Of a DNA stretch of 64,000 nt, positions 51,630-64,000 are shown in pieces. A program made the translations under genes and the position numbers. The stretch's first letter is position 1. Each line of letters opens with the position of its first letter. This stretch comes from Octopus vulgaris (taxonomy: Eukaryota), in assembly GCA_951406725.2 (NCBI GenBank), contig OX597840.1, positions 35,650,001-35,714,000 of the forward strand. The letters are read 5' to 3'. The notes under the pieces were generated by a model. That model saw nothing but the letters and a program-made list of their open reading frames with translations. It did not search any database and was not told the origin of the DNA.

Positions 51630-52555
51630 TCTCTCTCGCCGATCGTCTCTTCTCTTCTCTCTCCCTTTCCCTCTCGCCGGTCGTCTCTTCTCTTCTCTCT
51701 CCCCTCCCCTCTCGCCGATCGTCTCTTCCCTTTCTCTCTCCCCTTCCCTCTCGCCGGTCGTCTCTTCCCTTCTCTCTCCCCTTCCCTCTCGCCGGTCGTC
51801 TCTTCCCTTCTCTCTCCCCTTCCCTCTCGCCGGTCGTCTCTTCCCTTCTCTCTCCCCTTCCCTCTCGCCGGTCGTCTCTTCCCTTCTCTCTCCCCTTCCC
51901 TCTCGCCGGTCGTCCCTTCCCTTCTCTACCCCCTTCCCTCTCGCCGGTCGTCTCTTCCCTTCTCTCTCCCCTTCCCTCTCGCCGGTCGTCTCTTCCCTTC
52001 TCTCTCCCCTTCCCTCTTGCCGGTCGTCTCTTCCCTTCTCTCTCCCCTTCCCTCTCGCCGGTCGTCTCTTCCCTTCTCTCTCCCCTTCCCTCTCGCCGGT
52101 CGTCCCTTCCCTTCTCTACCCCCTTCCCTCTCGCCGGTCGTCTCTTCCCTTCTCTCTCCCCTTCCCTCTCGCCGATCGTCTCTTCTCTTCTCTCTCCCCT
52201 TCCCTCTCGCCGATCGTCTCTTCTCTTCTCTCTCCCCTTCCCTCTCGCCGGTCGTCTCTTCTCTTCTCTCTCCCTTTCCCTCTCGCCGGTCGTCTCTTCT
52301 CTTCTCTCTCCCTTTCCCTCTCGCCGGTCGTCTCTTCCCTTCTCTCTCCCCTTCCCTCTCGCCGGTCGTCTCTTCCCTTCTCTCTCCCCTTCCCTCTCGC
52401 CGGTCGTCTCTTCTCTCTCCCTTCCCTCTCGCCGGTCGTCTCTTCTCTTCTCTCTCCCCTTCCCTCTCGCCGGTCGTCTCTTCTCTTCTCTCTCCCCTTC
52501 CCTCTCGCCGATCGTCTCTTCCCTTCTCTCTCCCCTTCCCTCTCGCAGGTCGTCT
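51630..52555. repeat. 38-bp minisatellite, about 24 copies
   Basis: Unit cctctcgccggtcgtctcttcccttctctctccccttc. The ORF translations repeat every 38 aa, i.e. every three units. Confidence 0.95.
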
Positions 52556-53379
52556 CCTCTTTACTCCCACTATGTTCCTCGCAGGTCGCCTCTGCCCCCT
52601 TCTGTCGCTGGGTCGCCTCTCCCTCCCCTTCTGTCGCTGGGACATAATGTGTTGGTAGAAATAATAAAAAGCATTTTTCTGATCCTTTATAATTCTGCCA
52701 ACCCCTCCCCCTATTAAGGGTGCCAATAATGCAAAAGTTTAATACAACATTTAATCCTTTATTTATTCACATCTCGTGGCTTTGAGATTTCAGTGATGTG
52801 ATTATTTTTAGAATATGGTAGAGTAGGTGTGAGAGGCTGGATCTGGCTTTTTTTTCAAATCAACCACATCTGGCCTCTCAGATCTAACCTACAATATTTT
52901 TTAAAATATATAAATATCTCTATAAAATCTCGGCGCTCCAAGATAAAGCATGATTAATTCAAAACAATGTGAATAAATATTACATTTGATTTTGATAGTA
53001 ATCTGAATTCTAAGAGGTTAAACTAAGCACTTCCTGCTCAAATATCCTACTAGTTTTATGTTCAAACTGGCCACATCCGGCCCTATCCGGCACTTTATGT
53101 CATTCAAAGAATTGTCATATCATTGAAATCTCAAAAGCTATGAGATAATGCATAATTCAAAAGATTGTGAATAAATAATTACATTTGGAGTAATTTGAAT
53201 GTCAAGAGATTAAACCAGCCGTATTAAGCCGAAATATTGGATCAGTTTTATGTTCAAACTAGCCAGATCAGGCCTCTTTTACCTATCCTACAATGCCATT
53301 CTAAAAATAAACAATTACATCATTGAAATCTTAAAGCTACAAGATAATGCATGATTAATCCAAAACATTGTGAATATAT

Positions 53380-53843
53380 AGGCGCAGGAGTGGCTGTGGT
53401 AAGTAGCTTGCTTACCAACCACATGGTTCCAGGTTCAGTCCCATTGCGTGGCACCTTGGGCAAGTATCTTCTGCTATAGCCTCGGGCTGACCAAAGCCTT
53501 GTGAGTGGATTTGGTAGACGGAAACTGAAAGAAGCCCATCGTATATATGTATGTGTGTATATATACTCAGTTTTATCTTGGCTACCGAATAATTGTCACA
53601 TATTATTTTAGATATATATATATATGTGTGTTTGTGTGTATTTGTCCCCCACCTCCAACATCACTTGACAACTGATGCTGGTGTGTTTACGTCCCCGTCA
53701 CTTAACGGTTCGGCAAAAGAGACCGATAGAATAAGTACTAGGCTTACGAAGAATAAGTCCTGGGATCGATTTGCTTGACGAAAGGCGGTGCTCCAGCATG
53801 GCCACAGTCAAAATGACTGAAACAAGTAAAGGAGTAAAAGAGT
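53380..53843 (+). mobile_element. SINE family A, full length, inserted in a MITE copy
   Basis: Full head and tail. The host MITE reads ...tgtgaatatata [SINE] taagccttacatttga.... Confidence 0.9.
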
Positions 53844-53916
53844 ATATAAGCCTTACATTTGACTGAGTAATCTGAAGACTGCTTGAGGGTTAAAATATTT
53901 GTTTTATATATATATA

Positions 53917-54406
53917 CTAGCAGTATCGCCCGGCATTGCTCGGGTTTGTAAGGGAAATAACTATATAAGCATTTTTAGAGTTATAGCCAAAAAAATGCAT
54001 TAAAAATGGGGAAAAAATTATGGTAAATTTTTTTTTAAATCGCTGACTCATCGTAGACATTTTTAGAGAGTTACTTCCCTTATATAATAGCGAAAAAATG
54101 CATTAAAATGGAAAATAATTATGGTAAATTTTTTTAAAATCGTAGACTCATCGTAGACATTTTTAGAGAGTTACTTCCCTTATATAATAGCGAAAAAAAA
54201 TGCATTAAAATGGAAGAAAATGATAGTAAATTTTTTTTAAATCGTAGACTCATCGTAGACGCGCGCTAATACCCAGAAGGGCTCGATATGAATCACGACT
54301 ATAAGATACCCGGTTTTGGTTAAACTGCACCGCAAAATGTGGGAGTAGTTAGGAATCTAAATCATAGGAGACAGACAGCACACAACCTCACTTTTATATA
54401 TATAGA
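53917..54406 (-). mobile_element. Non-autonomous Helitron with internal ~100-bp tandem repeat
   Basis: Minus strand has 5' A|TC and 3' CTAG|T ends, and the hairpin cccgagcaatgccggg lies about 11 nt before the end. Three internal repeats catttttagag...ctcatcgtagac span 53970-54260. Confidence 0.85.
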
Positions 54407-56690
54407 TATCCACTTGTGTGTGTGTTAAATTTGTTTTAATAATCTAGTTTCCAGTCTGGGGAACACTACTCACCCCCACTAGTTTCAATAAAGTGCAAAT
54501 AACCTTAAAAAAAAAAATTTCTTATTACTGATAAACCAGGTATTTGGCAAAATTTTTTATATTTTATTTTTAAACGTGTTATTTATATTTATTATACTTA
54601 TTCTTTATTTTATTTTATCTGGCTGTGATTTTGGAAAATCTTAATACTTGAAGATTAAGATTAACACCGATATATTCTTTGGTAAAAGAATGGTGAGATA
54701 AAATGCCGGGTGTTTTATAAGTATGGTTTAAAAAGAGATTATATCTGAGTTTTAATTAATTTTTTTTTAATGACGCATTAAATCTTTCTTCATTAGTGAA
54801 AAATAATTTAAGAATTTTATTTATTAGATTCTTTTAAAAAGGCGCCAGACTGGCTGTGTGGTAAGTAGCTTGCTTGCCAACCACATGGTTCCGGGTTCAG
54901 TCCCACTGTATGGCACCTTGGGCAAGTGTCTTTTACTGTAGCTTTGGCTGACCAAAGCCTTGTGAGTGGATTTGATTATGATCCCTCATAATATTTAAGG
55001 GGGTTAACAGAGCAACACCCTGCATCCATGCAGAACTTGTCAACGAAGGGTTCTTGCTGATCTGTGTATATTCATGTTACTAAGCCCTTTGCTTCCTATA
55101 GATCACAACTCATTGATGGTTTATCTTTCATCCTTTCAGGGTTGATTAAATAAGTACCAGTTCCGCACTGGGGTCGATATAATCGACTTAATCCGTTTGT
55201 CTGTCTTTGTTTGTCCCCTCTCTGTTTAGCCTCTTGTGGGTAGTAAAGAAATATATATTGATTGGAAATGCAAAAAAAAAAAAAGTTTTCAAAACAGTCA
55301 ATATTTTTGTAGTTCAAAAATTGCAATTTAGACATAAAATGTCCTAGAATTCGCCAGATCTAATAATGACAAAATTTATCTACTAAATATTGTTAAACCC
55401 ACCTCTGCAAATGCAATGTCCATAAGGAATTCACTTCAAATATAATGAACTGGCAGTGAGACTGTTTTTAGCAGGTCCCCCAAATGGGGCTCATGGCAGG
55501 CAATGGGATAAAGACATGGAGTTCGTTGAGGCTGATTTAGCTACAGTAATTAATTCAGCTGTTAGGTCCTTTCTAGTAAAGACAAGCATTTTTTAGATGG
55601 TAGTTTATTGGGTTGATCCATAGGAGCTCTAGGGTTATTTGAAAACAATGTTTAACCCTTTAAAACTGACCAAGTTTGGCCTCTCACACCTACCCTACAA
55701 TGTTCATCTAAAAAATACTCACATCAAAATCTCAAAGCTATTAGATAATGCATAATTCAAATCAACACCAATAAATGAGCATTGCATTTGACAGAATTTA
55801 ATGAAGGAGATGAAGTTTGTTGGGGTCTGAACATTTGATTCGTCTGGTATGGTCCCTTGTGTTATAGGCAAAGAGGGAGTTTTGTTAAATGGCTGTTTGG
55901 TTAGTTCAAAGAGATTTTCTATGGTCTAAGATGCCGGTGACACATAAAAAGCACCGTCTGAACGTGGCAGATGCCAGTGCCACCTGACTGGCATCCGTGT
56001 CAGTGACACGTAAAAGCACCAACCGATTGTGGCCGTTTGCCAGCCTGCTATGGCCCCTGTGCCAGTGGCACGTAAAAAGCACCAACCGATCGTGGCCATT
56101 GCCAGACTCCCCTGGCATCTGAGCCGGTGGCACGTAAAAAGTACCCACTACACATGGAGTGGTTGGCGTTAGGAAGGGCATCCAGCCATAGAAACACTGC
56201 CAGATCAGGCAGGGACCTGGTGCAACCTCCTGGTTTCCCAGACCCCAGTCGAACCGTCCAACCCATGCTAGCATGGAAAACAGACATTAAATGATGATGA
56301 AGAAGCCCTTTTTGTTTCTAAGCAAGGCAATATTCCCAATGGTCCAGACATGTTGCAGGATACTGGAAATGGACGGCATTCTTTTATTACGATCACGCGA
56401 TGTCCAGATCAGACCCAAATGCATAATATATGGTAGGCTTCTCTCAGTTTCCATCTACCAAATCCACTTTGTTCGGCAAAAGTCTCTCGTAGAGGTATAC
56501 CGAAGGCTTGCTGTGCAATGCGGATGACCTACTTCGTCTGCCCTTTTCCTCGTTACTAAAAAGATTTGTTGTACCCAAGTTAAGAAATAATTGCACCATG
56601 GAAATGTTTTAAATTTAATGTGGTTGTGTTGGTACTATTGTTGTTGATTTAGCCCCAGGTTGGTGCTGATTGAGCTAGCTTTTGATTTAA

Positions 56691-56910
56691 CCCTTTCGTT
56701 ACTGTATTTCTGTTGAGATGCTCTGTGTTTCTTTCAATTATTTAAAATATAACAAAGAATTTAGTAAAATAACTTGGTTATCATTAAGCTAGTGTTAGGA
56801 ACAGAAATTGTGACTAAGGTTTGGTGGAAGACTTTAATGCAAAACTTACGAAAACGAGACATTTGTACTAAGTGCCAGATGCAGTTTCAGCCGGGTTGGT
56901 AACGAAAGGG
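56691..56910. mobile_element. 220-bp piggyBac-type MITE
   Basis: TTAA TSD at 56687-56690 and 56911-56914; perfect 12-bp TIR ccctttcgttac / gtaacgaaaggg. Confidence 0.9.
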
Positions 56911-57131
56911 TTAAGACAACCCTACCATGACATTCTTGTCTTATATTCAGACAGTGCATCTGAAAAAAACAAATTTGCCCTTCATTGTTGAAGACGGTGT
57001 TGGTCTGATATTTCTAACAAGTTGAGTAACCACCTAGCCCTTTTCCTTGGTGCTTTGGTGGTCGTGGTTGGTAGGAGGATAGGACAAACTTAAATGCATT
57101 CCTTTGTGTGTGTGTGTGTGCATATATATTA

Positions 57132-57426
57132 TCACGTGATCACGTGACCGACCAGACCATCAGATGTTGTTACACATCGCTGGTCACAATGCACTTTGTA
57201 TTGTTTTAGCCTTCGAATGACGCCACCCTGCTGGCAAAGCGAGCAGGCCAACAGAAGAAAGAGTGGTGAAAGAGTGCAGCAGGGATCACCACCTCCTGCC
57301 GGAGCCTCGTGGAGCTTTTAGGTGTTTTCGCTCAATAAACACTCACAACGCCCGGTCTGGGAATCGAAGCCGCGATCCTACGACTGCTTGTCCGCTGCCC
57401 TAACCACTGGGCCATTGCGCCTCCAC
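57132..57426 (-). mobile_element. OR-like SINE, tail type 1
   Basis: Aligns end to end with 3848-4156. Confidence 0.9.
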
Positions 57427-58297
57427 ATATATATTATATATATGCTATATGCATGCACACACACACAATTTAAAATTTCTTACATTCCTCTTTTGCAACC
57501 AGAAAGGAAGATCTAGGTGATTGGTGGTGGTGGTGGTGGTTGGCAGGTTTCAAATTAAAGATTTAAGCGATAAAACAATAATAAATTATATAAACTGAAA
57601 AATATGGAAAGGTGGGGGGATTGGGTGGGTGGGAATTGGGTGTGTAGTGGGTACAATCTCCCCTCTGTTTTATAATCTCTGGAATCTGTGCTGTCAAAAA
57701 AGAAGCAAATACCAAAACTCCTGCCTAGTCTCATATTCTCTCTCGCACTTTGCATATGATGTGAAAGGGAACAAGGCAGAGGTGTGAGAAATAGTGCAGG
57801 GTAATTGACTTACACATGTAACGCACACCCTTACAAAATAGTTTACACACACATGCATAGACATATATATATATATATGCATGCATACATGTATGCATAT
57901 ACCACTCGAGGATAAATTTCCTCTTGTGTGGGTGGAGGGATATATTTCTCTTTAAACTTAATGGATTGCACCAGTGAAAGCGAAGTGTTATAATTTTGTT
58001 GGAACAAATTACATATTCCTTTTTAGGACATTTTCTGAATTTACACCAAAAAAAAATACTTCAGTATATGGTTTCAGGTTCAGTTCCACTGTATGGCATT
58101 TTTGGCAGATGCATTGTTTTAGCTCTGGGTCAGCTAAAACTATGCGAGTGGATTTGGTAGACAGAAACTGAACGGAGCTTTCTCGTATACTTTTATTGAT
58201 CTTCAGCAGAAGTAACAGTGGCTCAAGCTCTGACAGTTTCGTGTGCCAACGCATGAAATTCGGCCCTTGAGCCACTCTGCTGCTTTGGCTAAAACTT

Positions 58298-58331
<34 letters not shown>

Positions 58332-58607
58332 ATCTCTATCTGTCTCTCTCTCAGATTTTCAGTTCTCAGAGTTACTCGCTTCCGATCCCCAACTGGCAAA
58401 CTGAGCCTGGTTTTCTTTCGGGCATCCACTGTCTCAATATTGCCTTTCAGCCTTTCGGGGGGTCAATTAAATAAGTACCAACGAGCTTCTTACCACCTGG
58501 CCTGTTTGCGTCTCCTCATCTTCACACCATGGGATAATTGTAAATGAACTTCCTGTAAAGACCATGTCCGGCCATGGGCTGCACAGTTTTAATAGTGGGC
58601 CAGTATT

Positions 58608-59950
58608 ACCTATTTCTTTACTACCCACAAGGGGCTAGACACAGAGAGGACAAACGGATTGAGTCGATTATATAGACCCCAGTGCGTTACTGGTACTTAA
58701 TTTATCGACCCCGAAAGGATGAAAGGCAAAATCGACCTCGGCAGAATTTGAACTCATAACGTAGTGACAGACGAAATACCGCTAAGCATTTCACCCGGCG
58801 TGCTAATGATTCTGCCAGCTTACCTTCATCATTAAGGTGGCGTGCTGGCAGAATTGTTAGCACGCTGGGCAAAATGCTTAGCGATATTTCATCCGTCCCT
58901 ACTTTCTGAGTTCAAATTCCGCTCGGGCTGACTTTGTCTTTTTAACCTTTCGAAGTAGATAAAATAAGTACCAGTTGAATACTGGGGTTGATATATATAC
59001 TTGCCGGCCTTGTACCAAAATTTGAAACCAATATTCCTGTTGAGCGGGGTGAGCTGGCAGAATCCTTCACTACATGGAACAAAATGCTGGGAAGGATTTC
59101 TTCCAGTTCTTCATCTTCTGAATCCAAATTATGCCAAGACCAACTTTGCCTTTCATCCTTGCGGGGTTGATGAAATAAAGTATCAGGGCCAATGTAATTG
59201 ACTTCAAAACGTCCCTTCGAAAATTGCTGGCCTTGTGCCAAAATTAGGACTACCACCATCACCTCTATCACTATTACTGCTGCCACCATCACTACCACCA
59301 TCATCATCACTACTCCTACCATTACCATCATTGCCCTCACCACCACCACCACCACCACGACTAATTTTGCTAATGACTCATCATCTTTATTAGTACCATG
59401 TAAGGCAGAATTGTAGTGAGCCAGACAAAATGGTTGGTAGTATTTTCATCCATCAGAAAAGATGGCGAAATGCGTAGCCATATTTCGTCTGTCATTACGT
59501 TCTGAGTTCAAATTCCGCCGAGGTCGACTTTACCTTTCATAATTTCAGGGTCGATTAAATAAGTACCAGTTACGCACATGTAATCGACTTGATCCATTTG
59601 TCTGTCCTTGTTTGTCCCTTGTGGGTAGTAAAGAAATAGGTATTTCGTCTGTCTTTACGTTCTGAGTTCAAATTCCGCTGAGGTTGACTTTGCCTTTCAT
59701 CCTTTCAGGATCGATAAATTAAGTACCAGTTACGCACTGGGGTCGATATAATGATCCGTTTGTCCGTCCTTGTTTGTCCCCTCCGTGTTTAGCCCATTGT
59801 GGGCAATAAATAGGTATTTTCATCCGTCTTTGTGTTCTGAGTTCAAATGCTGCTGAGGTCGACAAAATAAAGTACCAGTCAAGCACAGGGGTCTGATGAT
59901 ATCAGACTTAGCTCCGTCCCCTAAAACTGCTGGCCTTGGGTCATAATTAG
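58608..59950. mobile_element. Cluster of SINE family B copies (58608-58826 minus; 58834-59035, 59045-59250, 59463-59950 plus)
   Basis: Head and body motifs in both orientations. Confidence 0.85.
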
Positions 59951-60338
59951 AAAGGGATTATTATTACTACTACTACTGCCACTACTACTACTGTTAATGG
60001 CTGACAATCATTAGCGCGACATACTACTGTAATTTATATCCCATCCCCCTTCCCGCTGACTTCACTTTGATGGCCTCTGTGGGGGTAGATTTAGAATATA
60101 TAAGCTTTTCCTATCGGGTGGTGGTGGGTGTTGGGGGTGGTTGTTGACAGCTAGCGGGGTGGGGAGGGTCTGGATGCTGCTGTCATTCGTTATGTCCGGG
60201 CTGAGACAATATAACGAGAAACGTTGACTTGTAATTAAAATAACTGTTTGATGACGGTGTTGGCGGCGGCGGCGGCGGCATGGATAGATATTCGTCCTCA
60301 ACCCTTGGGAAAAAATATACTGCAAAACACAGCTCGCT

Positions 60339-60386
<48 letters not shown>

Positions 60387-60723
60387 CAGAGGCACACGCA
60401 TGCACTTGTATGTGTGTGTGTGTGGGGGGGTTGTGGTGCCAGCCCCTCAAAGAGTGAATTTGAGATGACCTTTTGGCAGTTTGGTGTCGATGAAAGATGA
60501 GTAAACAGAAGGAAATAGGGGGGAGAGAGTGAGAGAGAGGAATTTAGTTGTGAGAAAATGTGTACAAAAGAATTCCAACATTGAAAATAGCTTCCATGTT
60601 AAAAGGAATAATAATGACGATGATGATGATGATGATGATGATAAAAAAAAAATATTGAAACCCCTCATAAAAAAAAAAATCCTGCATAATATCTAATATT
60701 TTTTTATTTGGGGCTCTCTCTCT

Positions 60724-61119
60724 CTTTTACTCTTTTACTTGTTTCAGTCATTTGACTGCGGCCATGCTGGAGCACCGCCTTTAATCGAGCAACTTGACCC
60801 CGAGACTTATTCTTTTTTGTAAGGCCAGTACTTATTCTATCGGTTCTCTTTTGCCGAACCGCTGAGTGACGGGAACGTAAACACACCAGCATCGGTTGTC
60901 AAGTGATATTGGGGGGGCTAACACAGACACACACACACATACAAATATACACACATATATGACGGGCTTCTTTCAGTTTCCGTCTACCAAATCCACTCAC
61001 AAGGCTTTGGTCGGCCCGAGGCTATAGTAGAAGACACTTGCCTAAAGTGCCACGCAGTGGAACTGAACCCGGAACCATGTGGTTGATAAGAAAGCTACTT
61101 ACCACACAGCCGCTCCTGC
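60724..61119 (-). mobile_element. SINE family A, full length
   Basis: Reverse complement aligns to 14871-15270. Confidence 0.9.
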
Positions 61120-63178
61120 TCTGTGGACTTTTATTGGTTGTGGCGGAGGGCTTTTGTTTAACTGTTGTATGAACATGTAAAGGTCCTTTTTCATAAGGAA
61201 TGGAATGTAGAGGATTACAACTAGACACACACATTATCATTTATTACATTACATTCAGTTTACCATGCCTTATTTGTTTCATTATCCATCTTTTCCTTCA
61301 CGTCTCGGGTATACTGATGGCCCCTTTTTGTCATACGTCTGACAACTCTTTGCTTTCACTAACACTTACGTAAGATCGAAGCAAAGATGAAAAGGGTCTT
61401 CAGCATACCTCGAGATGTGAATGAAAAGGTGATGGATCATCATCATCATTTGTCTGCTTTCCATGCTAGCATGGGTTGGACGATTTGACTGTGGACTGGT
61501 GAACCAGATGGCTGCACCAGACTTCAATCTGATCTGGCAAAGTTTCTACAGCTGAATGCCCTTCCTAACGCCAACCACTCTGAGAGTATAATAGGTGCTT
61601 TTTACGTGCCACCGGCACAAAGGCCAGTCTGGTGGTACTGGCAACGGCCACGCTCGAAAATGGTGTTTTTTACGTGCCACCTGCACAGGAATCAGTCCAG
61701 CAGCACTGGCAATGACCTTGCTCGAATGTTTTGTTCACGTGCCAGTGAGGCGACGCTGACACTCAAATGGTGTTTTTTATGTGCCAGACAGCTGATTTGG
61801 CAGTGATGCCGCTCGGATGGAGCTGTTAGTGCTCCACTGGCACAGGTGCTAGTCATTGAATTTGGTTCAATTTCGATGGATAATGTAATGAATAATGTAT
61901 TGCAAATTGAATGTAATAAATGGTGTGTGTGTTTAGTTGTAATCTTCTAGATGGCAAGGATGGAGGGCTAGTATTATTAAACTGGCAATATAGGGGTGAA
62001 ATAAAATTGAACAGAAGCCTATTTGCTGACAAACACGAAAACACACACACACACACTATTGTCAAATTTAAAGAAAACAAATGAATCTTAATGTTTTACT
62101 GTTGCAAATATGAGGAATTGAAGAAATGGAATCTGTTGGTTATTTGCGATGGAGGTGGAGGTGTGCTGGCACAGTGGCAACGTGGTGCTGATGTCTACTG
62201 ATTTGAAGATTTTAAGGCAGCATCAGTTGGCAGCTTACCAGTTCTCTGCTGAGCAAAACAACAACCGAAAAAATTATTTGGATGCGTTCTGAAATATCTA
62301 ACAAATGACTAATACCGTTATGAGATGGAAGAAATTGCAGCCAATATGTGCAGCTGCTTTGTAAAGAATTTGGTGCAAATTCTTTGGTTGACATTGTATT
62401 TTCTCAAAGAATTTCAAAGAAAATATTTCTTGCTGATGTTTTTGTTTTTGTTTGAAGCAGTGGTCATGAATGGATTGGTGGGGGTGTTACGGGTTGTAGT
62501 AAAAAAAAAAAAAAAAAAAAAAAATTCTTGGAAGTTGTTGCTAGGATAGACGACAGGTTTGAATCATTTGGGTTGCTTTGTTTCTTCTTTTACTGCGGCC
62601 ATGCTGGAGCATTGCTTTGAAGGGATTTTAGTCAGATCGACCCACTTATGCTTTCTTTATTTTTTTCTTTGGTAAAACCCTATTTATTCTATCAGACATT
62701 TCTGCTGAATTTGCTAAGTTACAGGAACATAAACAAACCAACACCAGCTGTCAAGCAGTGAGGGTCATGGTAGGAATGCATACACACACAGTGGGCTTCC
62801 ACACAGTTTCTGTCTAACAAATCCACTCGCAAGGCATTGGTTGGCCTAGGGCTTTAGAAAATATATTCCTAAGGTGCTGTGCACTGGGACGGGACAGAAC
62901 CTGAAACCTCATGGTTGCAAAGTACTTAACCAGCCAGCCATTTCTCTCTCTCTTTTTTTTTGTGGTTTGACTGACGTGGGTTGACTAAGTCTAACCACAC
63001 CTAACCATCATCTGTTGCAGTTCTTAGTCATCTGGCACACACCAACATTCATCTGACCAACTTCTGTAGCTGCTCTTTTTGTTTTTCTTTTTTTTTCTTG
63101 TCTTTACTGCAGACAACTCCAACCACTTTAGTCTGCAGTGAATGCATTTAGGATGCTATCAGCACCAGAGAGGTTACC

Positions 63179-63223
63179 TGTCTTGAGACAGCACCCACCC
63201 CGGGTGGATGCTGTCTCGAGACA
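63179..63223. repeat. 45-nt hairpin (21-bp stem, 3-nt loop)
   Basis: tgtcttgagacagcacccacc-ccg-ggtggatgctgtctcgagaca has 19/21 Watson-Crick pairs plus one wobble. Confidence 0.85.
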
Positions 63224-63477
63224 AGACCAGACCTATGACAGAGCCAAAGAGCTTCCTCTTTATGGTCAAGCGGGGTGGGTGGTGGTGGGTGATAACAGTT
63301 AAAATAGCTGCGGCCCTTGGGTGTCCTTCTGGCTCTCAACAGTTTTCACTCAATAAATGTTTTCCTTCTGTTTTTCTTAATTGCAAAGGAAGCTCTGTGA
63401 GTTAGGGGTGCATATTAAGGTGTACTTGCTAACCCTTTTTGATGCTAACCTGTTTGAGTTAACCCCTTGGTCTCAAA

Positions 63478-63693
63478 AAGGCAGCAAGCTGGCAGAATCG
63501 TTAGCATGCCGGACGAAATGCTAAACGGTATTTCGTCTGTCGCTATGTTCTGAGTTCAAATTCCGCTGAGGTCGACTTTGCCTTTCATCCTTTCAGGGTC
63601 GATTAAATAAGTACCAGTTGCGCTCTGGGGTCGATGTAATCAACTTAATCCATTTGTCCTTGTTTAGCCCCTTGTGGGTAGTAAAGAAATAGG
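63478..63693 (+). mobile_element. SINE family B monomer with ~18-bp TSD
   Basis: TSD taac(c/t)ccttggtctcaaa at 63460-63477 and 63694-63711. Confidence 0.9.
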
Positions 63694-64000
63694 TAACTCC
63701 TTGGTCTCAAATCCTCACATTTAACCCTTTTGTTATGCATTGCTTTGGTTTTATAAGGGTTTTGAAAATAATGGAAGAATTTAGTCAAATTATTTTGTCA
63801 TTATGGAGGTGGCTTTTGGAACATCATTTGGTGTCTGCTTTTCCATGCTGGCATGGGTTTGACTGGAACTGGTAAGCCAGAGAGCTGCACCAAATTCCAG
63901 TCTGATTTGGTTTGGCAACCTATTGCTGGATGCCCTTCCTAATGCCAACCACTCCAAGAGTGTAGTGGGTGCTTTCTACGACCCACTGGTACTTTTATGT

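Noticed and set aside
51539-52726. 266-392-aa ORFs in four frames
   Set aside because: They are translations of the 38-bp minisatellite.
61201-61222. tggaatgta, miR-1 seed-like
   Set aside because: It diverges from miR-1 after 9 nt and has no proper precursor hairpin.

Overview
This is eukaryotic, AT-rich, repeat-saturated DNA. The SINE, RTE and microsatellite landscape strongly suggests an octopus (coleoid cephalopod) genome, which is an inference from repeat style. No intact host protein-coding ORF is visible, and almost all ORF-track entries are microsatellite or repeat artefacts. The real coding fragments come from transposons: an R4/Dong RLE domain inside a (TAA)n tract, RTE-clade RT pieces, an L1/Tx1 C-terminus and mariner C-termini. 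Other repeats are at least four tRNA-derived SINE types, many RTE 3'-UTR stubs, non-autonomous Helitrons, TTAA MITEs, and large micro- and minisatellites. A roughly 10 kb SINE-free block (about 19-29 kb) looks like a promoter/first-intron regulatory region of a large + strand gene. It contains a purine-rich tract, a strong CAG|GTAAGA site and a GCCAT cluster. The most notable observations are: (1) several short non-coding elements embedded in (TA)n that carry minimal type-I hammerhead ribozyme folds, including one with a compensatory G3-C8 core swap; (2) several polypyrimidine-CAG|GTAAG sites that look like recursive (ratchet) splice points; (3) a multimer-forming SINE whose 3' tail matches the 3' UTR of the Tx1-like LINE in the same window; (4) a perfect 80-bp palindrome. 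All alignments and folds were done by eye, so repeat boundaries are approximate.
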